The translations under genes were made by a program, and so were the position numbers. From the NCBI GenBank assembly GCA_964406815.1, contig CAYOTC010000001.1, positions 70-64,069 of the forward strand: a stretch of 64,000 bases of DNA. The letters run 5' to 3'. Within the stretch, counting starts at the first letter, position 1; each line of letters opens with the position of its first letter. This stretch comes from an uncultured Bdellovibrionales bacterium (GTDB lineage Bacteria > Patescibacteriota > Minisyncoccia > Moranbacterales > UBA2206). Below the pieces are notes generated by a model. The model worked only from the letters and a program-made list of their open reading frames with translations. It had not been told where the DNA came from and searched no databases. Positions 10,723-19,799 of the stretch are shown here, in pieces.

Positions 10723-12024
10723 TTGCTGTTCCTGTTATTTGGTAAAAACAAAAAAATGGATACATTGGGAGGCGACTTAAATATCTTTCAAATAGCCGGC
10801 AAAATAGTTTATTTTGGCTGGTGGTTGATTCTGCCAATAATTTTTTGGCAACTTTTTAAAGTTATCTGGATTGATTTTGTGGCTTTTTATTCCAAGAACA
10901 GCTGGTATCTTAATCAAAAATGGTCTGTTCTGGAAATTATTCCGCCTCGTGACATTGAATCCGGTCCTAAACCGATGGAGTCGGTTTTTACCGGTATTGC
11001 CGGAGCGATAGCAGCGCCGAATACTTTTGATACTTGGATTAAGGGTCAGATTCCTGACCGATTTAGCGTGGAGCTTGTCGGCGAGGAAGGAAAAGTGCAT
11101 TATTATATCCGAACTCAGAAAAAATACCGCAATATGATTGAGGCGCAGATTTATGCCCAATATCCGAATGCGCAGGTTATCGAAGTGGAAGATTATTACA
11201 GTAAGTTTCCCAAAATTGTTCCTAATCGTGATTGGGATCTTTGGGGAACTGATTTTGAATTTACCAGAAAAAAATACTTTCCTATTCGGACATACGATAA
11301 ATTCCAAGAGGATATTACCGGCAATATGGTTGATCCTATGGCGGCGATGGTGGAGGTTTTGGGAACGCTTGGTCCGGGTCAGCATATCTGGCTGCAATTT
11401 GTTCTGCAAGCGGTTCCTGAGCCGGATATTATAAAAGAAAGCAAAGAAGTGATTGATGAACTTAAAGGAAAAAAGGCAGTTCAATTTTTCGGTTTTTTAG
11501 ATAATATAATGGATGTTTTTTCAAATGTTTTTAAACTTATTTTCAAAGGAGAACTCAGTTTTGAAACGGCGGATAAAAAAGATGAACAGCCATTGGAATT
11601 TCGTCTTTCCCCGATGGAAAAAGAAATCCTGAAAGCAGTTGAGGAAAATGCCGGCAAGAATCAATTTACAACCAAAATGAGGATGATAATTTTGGGAAAA
11701 AGGGAAGTTTTTGATAAAAATTTGATCAGTATTTTTATCGGATCGCTCAAGCAGTTCAATGATATGAATGCCAATCAATTCAAGCCGGAAGATATTTCGA
11801 AAACTTATGGAAAGATTTTTTTCACCGAAGGCATTGCCAATTTAAGAAAGAGAAAAATTTATGACAGATACAGAAAGAGAAATATGGATGGTGTGAATGT
11901 GCAATTTTCCGTTAAAGAATTGGCTACAATCTTCCATTTTCCGAATATCGTGGTAAAATCTCCGGCTGTAACTCAAACTTCCGGAAAACTCGGTGCAGCG
12001 CCTTCAAATCTGCCAGTGGAATAA
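10723..12024 (+). CDS. Membrane-anchored hypothetical protein (N-terminal TM helix). Likely partner of the downstream ATPase.
   Basis: Hydrophobic N-terminus IVYFGWWLILPIIFWQLFKVIWIDFVAFY. No recognisable catalytic motifs. Confidence 0.4.
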   Translation: MLFLLFGKNKKMDTLGGDLNIFQIAGKIVYFGWWLILPIIFWQLFKVIWIDFVAFYSKNSWYLNQKWSVLEIIPPRDIESGPKPMESVFTGIAGAIAAPNTFDTWIKGQIPDRFSVELVGEEGKVHYYIRTQKKYRNMIEAQIYAQYPNAQVIEVEDYYSKFPKIVPNRDWDLWGTDFEFTRKKYFPIRTYDKFQEDITGNMVDPMAAMVEVLGTLGPGQHIWLQFVLQAVPEPDIIKESKEVIDELKGKKAVQFFGFLDNIMDVFSNVFKLIFKGELSFETADKKDEQPLEFRLSPMEKEILKAVEENAGKNQFTTKMRMIILGKREVFDKNLISIFIGSLKQFNDMNANQFKPEDISKTYGKIFFTEGIANLRKRKIYDRYRKRNMDGVNVQFSVKELATIFHFPNIVVKSPAVTQTSGKLGAAPSNLPVE

Positions 12025-12097
12025 TAATTGAATTGCTAAATTGTTAAATGGCTTGATGGCTGTAAAAATATAGCAACAAATACTGAAGAAATTTAAC

Positions 12098-12129
12098 TAT
12101 TTATCAATTTAACCATTTATCAATTTAAC
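12098..12129 (+). repeat. Tandem 16-nt direct repeat (tATTTATCAATTTAAC x2, plus an extra AATTTAAC) immediately upstream of the ATPase start codon.
   Basis: gaaATTTAACtATTTATCAATTTAACcATTTATCAATTTAACaaATG. Confidence 0.5.
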
Positions 12130-12131
12130 AA

Positions 12132-13970
12132 ATGACTCAAATAAATTTTTTCGCCAAAACTAATTTTAGGAACCAGGAAAGGATTTTCGGAATCAAGGAG
12201 GATGATCGCCGCCGACATATGTATATTATCGGAAAGACCGGTATGGGAAAATCCAACTTGCTGGAGAATATGGCGATTCAGGATATTCGCAATGGCAAAG
12301 GAGTATGCGTTGTTGATCCGCACGGAGAATTTGCGGAAAAGATGCTTCGCGCCATTCCAGCCGAACGGATAAATGATGTGGTTTATTTCAATCCGGCGGA
12401 CGCGGAATTTCCGGTGGCTTTTAATATTTTGGAAGCGGTCGAAGAAGATAAAAAAAACTTGGTCGCTTCCGGAATGATGGGGGTTTTCAAAAAAATCTGG
12501 CCGGACGTGTGGAGTCCGAGGATGGAATATATTCTTAACAACACTATTCTTGCACTTTTGGATTATCCTGGTTCGACGATGCTTGGAGTGAATCGGATGA
12601 TGAGCGATAAAGATTACAGAAAAAGAGTCTATCCGAAAATCAAAGATCCGGTGGTGAAATCTTTTTGGATAAATGAGTTCGACAAATGGGAAGACCGATT
12701 TCGAAAAGAAGCGGTGGCAGCGATCCAAAACAAAGTCGGACAATTCTTGTCCTATACCTTAGTCCGTCATATTATCGGTCAGCCAAAATCGACCATCGAT
12801 ATGCGAGAGATTATGGATAATCAGAAAATCTTGATTGTTAATCTCTCCAAAGGCAGGATCGGGGAAGACGCGATGCGGCTTTTGGGAGGAATGATAATCA
12901 CCAAAATCCAGCTGGCGGCGATGAGTCGGGTGGAAATTACGGAAGAGGAAAGAAAAGATTTCTATCTTTATGTCGACGAATTCCAGAATTTTGCGACGGA
13001 ATCTTTTTCCAACATCCTTTCTGAAGCGAGAAAATATCGCTTGTGTTTGATTTTGGCTCATCAATATATTAATCAGTTGATATTTGACGGAAATTCGACA
13101 GTGCGTGATGCAATTTTTGGAAACGTCGGAACACTCATATCCTTCCGGGTCGGTGCGGAAGACGCGGAACATCTTGAGAAGGAATATGAGCCGGTTTTTA
13201 TGATGAACGACATTGTCAATCTTTCGAAATATAATATTTATCTGAAATTGATGATCGACGGAATTGCCGGTGACGCTTTTTCCGCGACGACGCTTCCGCC
13301 GATTTCCATCGCTGATACGAAAGATAATGAAGAAAAGGCTATTCGGATTTCACGGGAACGGTATGGAAAATCCAGAAAGGAAGTTGAAGATAAGATCGCG
13401 CGTTGGAGCGGTATGGGCGGATATGACGAGCCGGAAGTGATGGTTGATAAAAAATCTTCTGAAGTTGAAATGAAAGACGAATTTGTTCCGGAAATTAACA
13501 ATATCAAAAATGTAAGTATAGTGAAGGAAACTCCCTCAGCTAAACCAGCGGTGGCTGTTTCTGAGAAAAAAATTCCTGCCGTGTCTTCGGAGGCAAAAGA
13601 GGAGAAGGTGATGTATGAAGCGACTTGCGATACCTGCGAAGAAAAGATAATGGTGCCGTTCAAGCCGGACAAATCTCGGCCGACTTTCTGCCGGGAGTGT
13701 CTTAAGGATTACCAGCGTCTACGGGCGAGAAAGCAGGAAGAGATGCAGCAAACTGCGAGAAAGAATTATCCTCCGAAAATATCAAACAGCAATCCTAAGG
13801 CTGAAGAAAATGATTATCAGCCGGGCGTTGTTGTTCCGAAAGACAAACCGATGTCCCTTTCTCAGATGTCGCATATCGCGCCGAAAAAATTCAAGTCGCC
13901 AAAAAGAAATCCCAATATCGATTTGGGAGGGCTAAGAGATTTAATAAATAAGAGTCGGAAAGAAAATTAA
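12132..13970 (+). CDS. FtsK/HerA/TraD-superfamily P-loop ATPase (DUF87/AAA_10-like) with a C-terminal CxxC...CxxC zinc ribbon and a basic tail.
   Basis: Walker A IIGKTGMGKSNLL. DPHGEF motif typical of HerA/DUF87 ATPases. Walker B LYVDEFQNF. C-terminal CDTCEEK...FCRECL. Confidence 0.55.
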   Translation: MTQINFFAKTNFRNQERIFGIKEDDRRRHMYIIGKTGMGKSNLLENMAIQDIRNGKGVCVVDPHGEFAEKMLRAIPAERINDVVYFNPADAEFPVAFNILEAVEEDKKNLVASGMMGVFKKIWPDVWSPRMEYILNNTILALLDYPGSTMLGVNRMMSDKDYRKRVYPKIKDPVVKSFWINEFDKWEDRFRKEAVAAIQNKVGQFLSYTLVRHIIGQPKSTIDMREIMDNQKILIVNLSKGRIGEDAMRLLGGMIITKIQLAAMSRVEITEEERKDFYLYVDEFQNFATESFSNILSEARKYRLCLILAHQYINQLIFDGNSTVRDAIFGNVGTLISFRVGAEDAEHLEKEYEPVFMMNDIVNLSKYNIYLKLMIDGIAGDAFSATTLPPISIADTKDNEEKAIRISRERYGKSRKEVEDKIARWSGMGGYDEPEVMVDKKSSEVEMKDEFVPEINNIKNVSIVKETPSAKPAVAVSEKKIPAVSSEAKEEKVMYEATCDTCEEKIMVPFKPDKSRPTFCRECLKDYQRLRARKQEEMQQTARKNYPPKISNSNPKAEENDYQPGVVVPKDKPMSLSQMSHIAPKKFKSPKRNPNIDLGGLRDLINKSRKEN

Positions 13971-13991
13971 TTTGTTTTGTAAGAGTTATAT

Positions 13992-15164
13992 ATGAATAAT
14001 AATCAAAAACATTTGAATCATGTAGATAAAGTTAATTTGGGGTCCTACTATACTCCAGAAATTGTTGTTGATTTGACTTATTCTATCTTGTATAAAAATA
14101 TTTCTAATATTAAGAGCTTTACAATTTTAGATTCATCTTGTGGTTATGGATCATTTTTGGAAAAAAAAGATTTAATAAAAAGATTTGTGGGTGCGGATAT
14201 TGATAATATAGCTATATTGGAAGCTACGAAAAAAAATAAACACGTTGATTTTATTTGCCAGAATTCACTTATGAATGTGTGCAGGGATAATCTTACTATT
14301 AAGAAAGAAGAAAAAATTATAGTTATAGGAAACCCTCCATATAATGATACAACCTCTATAATTCGTAGCTCTATAAAAGACGCATCTATTCAGAATAAAA
14401 TTGATTTAGATATAAAAACCAGAGATTTAGGAATGTCTTTTTTGCTTTCTTATGACAAACTTAAGGCTGATTATGTTTGTGTTTTACATCCATTATCTTA
14501 TTTAATTAAAAAAGCTAATTTTTCTCTACTCTCAAAATTTTCTAGAAATTATAAATTAATTGACGGATTAATTATAAGTAGTCATGAATTTTCCGAGACT
14601 TCTCGTGGAATAGCCTTTCCGATTTTAATTGCTCTTTACAAAAGAGATGAAATAGGGATGGGCTATGATTATATTCAAAATTATCAGTTCAAAGTAAAGG
14701 ATGATGGAGTCTTTCGACTAAAAGATTTTGATACGATAGTAAACTATGTTCAAAAATATCCAAATAAAAAATTTTTAAATAAAAATGATAAACCAGTAGC
14801 TAAGTTTTGGACTTTGAGAGATATAAATGCTCTTAAACGAAACCGGACTTTTATTAATGAGGATACTTATAATACCGTTTATGTGTTAATGGAAAAACTC
14901 CCTTATTATTGTTATATTGATGTGTTTAAACAATATGCTGATAAAATGCCATATTTTATTGGAAATTGCGATATTATTATTGATAATAATAAATTTGGAA
15001 AAATAAAGGAATGCTTTATCGATCAAAGTATTCACACAAATCCAGTTTTAAAAAATAAGTTTAATTTTAGAAAAATTCCTAATGCTAAACTAAAAATAGA
15101 TAATTATTTTAAAGAATTATTAGGAAGTAAGCTAGGTAAAAAATATGCCAAAAATTTTAATTAA
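13992..15164 (+). CDS. Gamma-class N6-adenine DNA methyltransferase (M.TaqI/Eco57I-like architecture).
   Basis: Motif X GSYYTPEIV. Motif I ILDSSCGYGSFL. Motif IV IVIGNPPYN. C-terminal ~270 aa would be the target-recognition domain. Very AT-rich relative to flanks. Confidence 0.7.
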   Translation: MNNNQKHLNHVDKVNLGSYYTPEIVVDLTYSILYKNISNIKSFTILDSSCGYGSFLEKKDLIKRFVGADIDNIAILEATKKNKHVDFICQNSLMNVCRDNLTIKKEEKIIVIGNPPYNDTTSIIRSSIKDASIQNKIDLDIKTRDLGMSFLLSYDKLKADYVCVLHPLSYLIKKANFSLLSKFSRNYKLIDGLIISSHEFSETSRGIAFPILIALYKRDEIGMGYDYIQNYQFKVKDDGVFRLKDFDTIVNYVQKYPNKKFLNKNDKPVAKFWTLRDINALKRNRTFINEDTYNTVYVLMEKLPYYCYIDVFKQYADKMPYFIGNCDIIIDNNKFGKIKECFIDQSIHTNPVLKNKFNFRKIPNAKLKIDNYFKELLGSKLGKKYAKNFN

Positions 15165-15906
15165 TGAAATTGAACATAAAATTGAAGTGCCAATTTTACT
15201 AACTGCAGTAAGTGGAAAAATTCGCATTAAGAATCGTTCAATCGTAAATGAATACGGAACTCCTGTCGCAGTTAGACGAGACGGTTTTGCTTTAAACAAC
15301 TATGTTGAATGGCAAATCGGCTATGATGTTGTCAAAAAGGAAGCTGATAAATTAGCAGAATCATCACTGCCAGAAACAGAGTTTATTGGTGCAAATGGTA
15401 AAAACAAAGCACTTTACGAGTTATCAGAGTATATTTGGTATTTTCATAAATGGAATATTATATCCAGAGAAGAGCTAGAGAGTGTTGCTAATTACCTCAA
15501 TTCGATACTAGCTAATGACTTGATTGATAATAACTCTGAATTACAGATTGATCGTAGTCATCCGATAGCAAAAAATATAAATGGATTTGATTTTGAGTAC
15601 ACCCAAGTTAAATATCCTCTTTTAATTTACAAATTCAATGGATATGAAATAGTTACCGAAATAAAAATTACCGAAAAACAATATGCAGTTGGCACTCAGC
15701 CAATGCTATATTTATGTTTTTCGATTACAGAATTAAAAGCTAGAACTAACTTAGTCGGACGAACCGCCGAAATGAAAGAAATAGCTCACTTTGAAATTAC
15801 AGAAAGTAATATTAAAGTATTTTTGGAAATGTTAAAAATGTTTGGCACTCTATCTGATAGTCATAGACATGATATTTTACAAATTATAGATGTAATATTG
15901 ACTTAA
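15145..15906 (+). CDS. Hypothetical protein. Candidate cognate restriction endonuclease, by operon context only.
   Basis: Overlaps the MTase stop by 20 nt and has the same extreme AT-richness. No clear PD-(D/E)xK motif is visible by eye. Confidence 0.3.
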   Translation: MPKILINEIEHKIEVPILLTAVSGKIRIKNRSIVNEYGTPVAVRRDGFALNNYVEWQIGYDVVKKEADKLAESSLPETEFIGANGKNKALYELSEYIWYFHKWNIISREELESVANYLNSILANDLIDNNSELQIDRSHPIAKNINGFDFEYTQVKYPLLIYKFNGYEIVTEIKITEKQYAVGTQPMLYLCFSITELKARTNLVGRTAEMKEIAHFEITESNIKVFLEMLKMFGTLSDSHRHDILQIIDVILT

Positions 15907-15943
15907 AATAAACTCGCTTAAGTTTTAAATATAGATATTTTTG

Positions 15944-15975
15944 AAAATATTAAAAAGCAATACTCACAGATTGCT
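15944..15975 (+). terminator. Rho-independent terminator after the MTase/partner pair.
   Basis: aaaAAGCAATactcacagATTGCTTttttttc. Confidence 0.6.
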
Positions 15976-15998
15976 TTTTTTCTTTTTTTAGTTTATTC

Positions 15999-17069
15999 TT
16001 GGAAATTATGGACGATGTAAATAAGAAAAAATTGAAAGTGTTGGTTGGGATGAGCGGCGGAGTGGATTCGTCGACGACTGCGGCCATTCTCAAGAGTCAG
16101 GGCTATGAAGTTTCCGGGGTGTTTTTACGTTTCTGGAAAGAGGAAGAAAGCAAAGAAAATAAATCTTTGGAAGACGCAAAAAAAGTCGCAGAAATACTAA
16201 ACATCCCATTTTATATTGTGGATGCCAGAGAAGATTTTAAAAAAACTATCGTGGATAATTTTCTCAATGAATATGAAAGCGGACGCACTCCCAATCCGTG
16301 CATTATTTGCAACCGGGAAATGAAATTCAAGATACTTCTTGAAAAAGCGGATGAGATTGGCGCGGATTATGTTGCAACAGGTCATTATGCGATTGTTAAG
16401 AAAGAAGATGATTTCTATAAATTATTTGCGGCTAAGGATAAAAATAAGGATCAATCATATTTTTTGTATCGTCTGACGCAAAAGGAACTCAGTCGCCTTA
16501 TTTTTCCTCTGGGTGAATACGAGAAAAAAGAAGTGCGAGAGATGGCGAAGAATTTCAATCTTTCGGTCTTTGCCAAGGAAGAGTCGCAGGATATCTGTTT
16601 TTTGAAGAGTTCGGTGGCGGAATTTCTTGGAAAAAATCTGAAAAGCGAAGAAGGCGATATGATAAACGAGAAAGGCGAAAAAATCGGAACGCATAAAGGT
16701 TTGCCGTTCTATACCATCGGACAAAGAAAGGGGATTGATATCGGCGGAGATGGCCCATATTTTGTTGTCAGCAAGGATTTAAAGAATAATGTTCTTGTCG
16801 TTACGAATAAAAACAAAGAAAAACAATTTGAAAAAGAGATAGAAATAAATTCGGTGACTTGGACAGGAGATATTCCTGATTTTCCGGCTCATCTTTTGGC
16901 CCGGACGAGATATCGTAATCCCTTGATTTATGCTACAATAAATGCGAAAAAGGATGACGGAGGTTTAAGAATAGTTTTTGGAGAACCGCAAAAAGCCGTT
17001 TCTCCCGGCCAATCAGTCGTGTTTTATTCAAAAGAGGAAGAGGTTGTCGGAGGAGGAATAATAAGATAA
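15999..17069 (+). CDS. mnmA: tRNA-specific 2-thiouridylase MnmA.
   Basis: PP-loop VGMSGGVDSS. CNREMKF. C-terminal beta-barrel region. Confidence 0.85.
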   Translation: MEIMDDVNKKKLKVLVGMSGGVDSSTTAAILKSQGYEVSGVFLRFWKEEESKENKSLEDAKKVAEILNIPFYIVDAREDFKKTIVDNFLNEYESGRTPNPCIICNREMKFKILLEKADEIGADYVATGHYAIVKKEDDFYKLFAAKDKNKDQSYFLYRLTQKELSRLIFPLGEYEKKEVREMAKNFNLSVFAKEESQDICFLKSSVAEFLGKNLKSEEGDMINEKGEKIGTHKGLPFYTIGQRKGIDIGGDGPYFVVSKDLKNNVLVVTNKNKEKQFEKEIEINSVTWTGDIPDFPAHLLARTRYRNPLIYATINAKKDDGGLRIVFGEPQKAVSPGQSVVFYSKEEEVVGGGIIR

Positions 17070-17100
17070 TTTTAAATTTCTAATTTCTAATTTCTAAAAA

Positions 17101-17376
17101 ATGAATAATGATTTTAGCAATTTGAACGAGGAAGAGAAGAAGCGCAAACAACGTTCTGTCCAAATGGAGGTTGTTATTTTGGAATCCGATCTGCGGAAAT
17201 TTACCCGCGAAAAGGATGTTTTGGAAGCGGAAATGAGAAAGATCCGCCAAGACCAGGAACGTCTCCGGATCGAAGCCGATGAAAAAAGAAAAAAATTCGA
17301 CCGGATCGTCCAGGACATCGCGACGAAAGAAATAGAAATTAAAAAACTTAAGAAAAGTCTTTATTTAATCAAATAA
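17101..17376 (+). CDS. Small coiled-coil hypothetical protein.
   Basis: K/E/R-rich heptad pattern. No known motif. Confidence 0.3.
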   Translation: MNNDFSNLNEEEKKRKQRSVQMEVVILESDLRKFTREKDVLEAEMRKIRQDQERLRIEADEKRKKFDRIVQDIATKEIEIKKLKKSLYLIK

Positions 17377-17387
17377 AATAAAAAAAT

Positions 17388-17684
17388 ATGCGAGACCTCA
17401 AATCAGGCATCTATGATATTTTTTTGGAAGAAATAAATGCGCAACTCGGAAAAATTCAGGATGAAGCGGTGAGAAAGGAAAAGAGCGAGAAAGCCCAGAA
17501 ACGTCTTCGAGAGTATGAATCCCAATTCGACAAGGAGATTGGTCAGGCAGTGGCGCGTCTTATGGACAATGTCGTTTATAAACTGAAAAACGACATCAAT
17601 CAGGATCTCAATCTTTCACCGGACAAATTCGATGACATCTTGAGGAAAAAGATTTTGGAAAAATTATATAAGAATAATAAGTAA
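17388..17684 (+). CDS. Small hypothetical protein.
   Basis: ORF with moderate codon regularity. No known motif. Confidence 0.3.
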   Translation: MRDLKSGIYDIFLEEINAQLGKIQDEAVRKEKSEKAQKRLREYESQFDKEIGQAVARLMDNVVYKLKNDINQDLNLSPDKFDDILRKKILEKLYKNNK

Positions 17685-17709
17685 ATCTTTCCTAATATAA
17701 AATTATTTT

Positions 17710-19608
17710 ATGACTGCCAATGAACTGCGTCAGAAATATTTGGAATTTTTCAAATCCCATGGCCACGCGATAATTCCGTCGGCCTCACTGGTACCGGAAA
17801 ATGATCCGACCGTACTTTTCACAACCGCCGGAATGCATCCATTGGTCCCATATTTGATGGGCGAGAAACATCCGATGGGAAGCCGGCTTACTAATTGTCA
17901 GAAATGCGTGCGGACCGGAGATATTGATGAAGTGGGTGATAATCGCCACCTGACTTTTTTTGAGATGTTGGGAAACTGGAGCTTAGGAGATTATTTCAAG
18001 AAAGAGGCGATTGAATGGAGCTTCGAATTTATGATCGATTCAAAATGGCTTGGGCTTGATCCGAAAAGAATTTATGTGACGGTTTTTGCCGGAGATGAAA
18101 AATCAGGCGTGGCAAAAGATGATGAGTCGATTGAAATTTGGAAAAAACAATTTGAGAAAGTTGGAATAAAAGCTGAAATTTGCGAACTTAATCAAGAGGC
18201 ACAAAAAGACAGCCGGATATTTTTGCTCGGCAAGAGGGACAATTTCTGGGGACCGGCCGGTGAAACCGGACCATGCGGACCGTGCACTGAAATATTTTAT
18301 GATACTCGTCCGGAAGAAGGGGAAATTATTGGAACACACGAAGAACTGGTGGGATCTTTTCGACTGATGGAAATCTGGAATGATGTTTTTATGGAATTTG
18401 AAAAAACTAAAGACGGAAAATTTGAAAAAATGGCGCAAAAGAATGTGGACACCGGAATGGGTTTGGAAAGGACTATTACAGTTTTGTCCGGTAAGGAAAA
18501 TGTTTTTGACACCGATCTATTCTTGCCGATAATCAAAAAGATTGAAGAATTGTCCGGAAAATCATATCAGGAGGAAGAGAATAAGAAATCAATTAGGATA
18601 ATCGCCGATCATTTGAAAGCCAGCGTGTTTATTATCGCTGACGGAATAAATCCTTCAAATACAGAAAGAGGATATGTATTAAGAAGATTGATTCGTCGTG
18701 CTATTAGGGAAGGTCAAAGACTGGGATTAATTAATAAAATCTTTGCATCGGATATCGCTAAAATTATTCAAATAATGTATGGCGAAATTTATCCAGAAAT
18801 AAAAAATGAAAAAATAATAAAAGAACTAAATGAGGAAGAGGAAAAATTTAGAAGAACAGTGATGAGAGGATTAAGTGAATTATTTAAAACAATAGGAATA
18901 GAAGAAACGATTGTATTTGGAAAAATTGAAGAATTAAAAATTGATTTGAATAAAATAAATGGCAAAAAACTATTTGATTTATATCAAAACCATGGATTGC
19001 CTATTGAGATGAGTATTGATGAAATTGATAGGCAATTATTATCAGAGAAAAGAAGAATTGATGAAAAAGATAAGAATCAGTGGATCGCCGAGTTTAATGA
19101 AGAGTTAAAAAGGCACCAAGACCTTTCCCGCACGGCTTCGGTCGGGATGTTTAAAGGAGGTTTAGCGGATGCGGGAGAAATTGCGACGAAATATCATACT
19201 GCCACTCATTTGCTCTTGGCGGCGCTTCGTGAAGTTCTTGGGCCGGAAACCTATCAAAAAGGTTCCAATATTAATGCGGAAAGATTGCGCTTCGATTTCA
19301 GCTATCCGGAAAAACTGACTCCCGAGCAAATCAAAAAAATTGAAGATCGTGTGAATGAAAAGATAGGGGAGAATATTCCGATTGAAATGGTTGAGATGAA
19401 AAAAGATGAAGCGTTGAAACTGGCTAAAGTTTCTTTTGATCCGGCGAAATATGGTGATGTTGTTAAAGTCTATAAGATCGGGGATTTCAGCACGGAACTT
19501 TGCGGCGGACCGCATGTAAAGAACACCGGAGAAATCGGAAAATTCAGGATTAAAAAAGAAGAAAGCTCCAGCGCCGGAATTCGGCGGATTAAAGCGGTTA
19601 TTAAGTAA
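17710..19608 (+). CDS. alaS: Alanyl-tRNA synthetase, short form (catalytic, tRNA-recognition and editing domains; the C-terminal C-Ala/oligomerisation domain is absent).
   Basis: N-terminal LRQKYLEFFKSHGHAIIPSASLVPENDPTVLFTTAGMHP. Editing-site HTATHLL and CGGPHV. 632 aa versus about 870 aa typical. Confidence 0.85.
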   Translation: MTANELRQKYLEFFKSHGHAIIPSASLVPENDPTVLFTTAGMHPLVPYLMGEKHPMGSRLTNCQKCVRTGDIDEVGDNRHLTFFEMLGNWSLGDYFKKEAIEWSFEFMIDSKWLGLDPKRIYVTVFAGDEKSGVAKDDESIEIWKKQFEKVGIKAEICELNQEAQKDSRIFLLGKRDNFWGPAGETGPCGPCTEIFYDTRPEEGEIIGTHEELVGSFRLMEIWNDVFMEFEKTKDGKFEKMAQKNVDTGMGLERTITVLSGKENVFDTDLFLPIIKKIEELSGKSYQEEENKKSIRIIADHLKASVFIIADGINPSNTERGYVLRRLIRRAIREGQRLGLINKIFASDIAKIIQIMYGEIYPEIKNEKIIKELNEEEEKFRRTVMRGLSELFKTIGIEETIVFGKIEELKIDLNKINGKKLFDLYQNHGLPIEMSIDEIDRQLLSEKRRIDEKDKNQWIAEFNEELKRHQDLSRTASVGMFKGGLADAGEIATKYHTATHLLLAALREVLGPETYQKGSNINAERLRFDFSYPEKLTPEQIKKIEDRVNEKIGENIPIEMVEMKKDEALKLAKVSFDPAKYGDVVKVYKIGDFSTELCGGPHVKNTGEIGKFRIKKEESSSAGIRRIKAVIK

Positions 19609-19652
19609 TTTTCCTTGGATTTTTTTAGTTGAATATTTAGCTTATATAAAGC

Positions 19653-19677
19653 AAAAAAGGCCTTGAAGGCCTTTTTT
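19653..19677. terminator. Bidirectional rho-independent terminator after alaS.
   Basis: aaaaaaGGCCttgaaGGCCtttttt. Confidence 0.7.
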
Positions 19678-19679
19678 GC

Positions 19680-19708
19680 TTGACAAATTTCAAAAAATAG
19701 TGTATATT
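19680..19708 (+). promoter_or_regulatory. Near-consensus sigma70 promoter TTGACA-N17-TATATT driving the 19800 gene.
   Basis: gcTTGACAaatttcaaaaaatagtgTATATTtcc, followed by a strong SD (aagGGAGGaaagaaaATG). Confidence 0.6.
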
Positions 19709-19799
19709 TCCAAGTCATCTTTTTGTTTAAATTAACAAAAAATAGGCGCTGTGCCTTAACAATATAAACTATTAAATTTTAAGGAAGGGAGGAAAGAAA

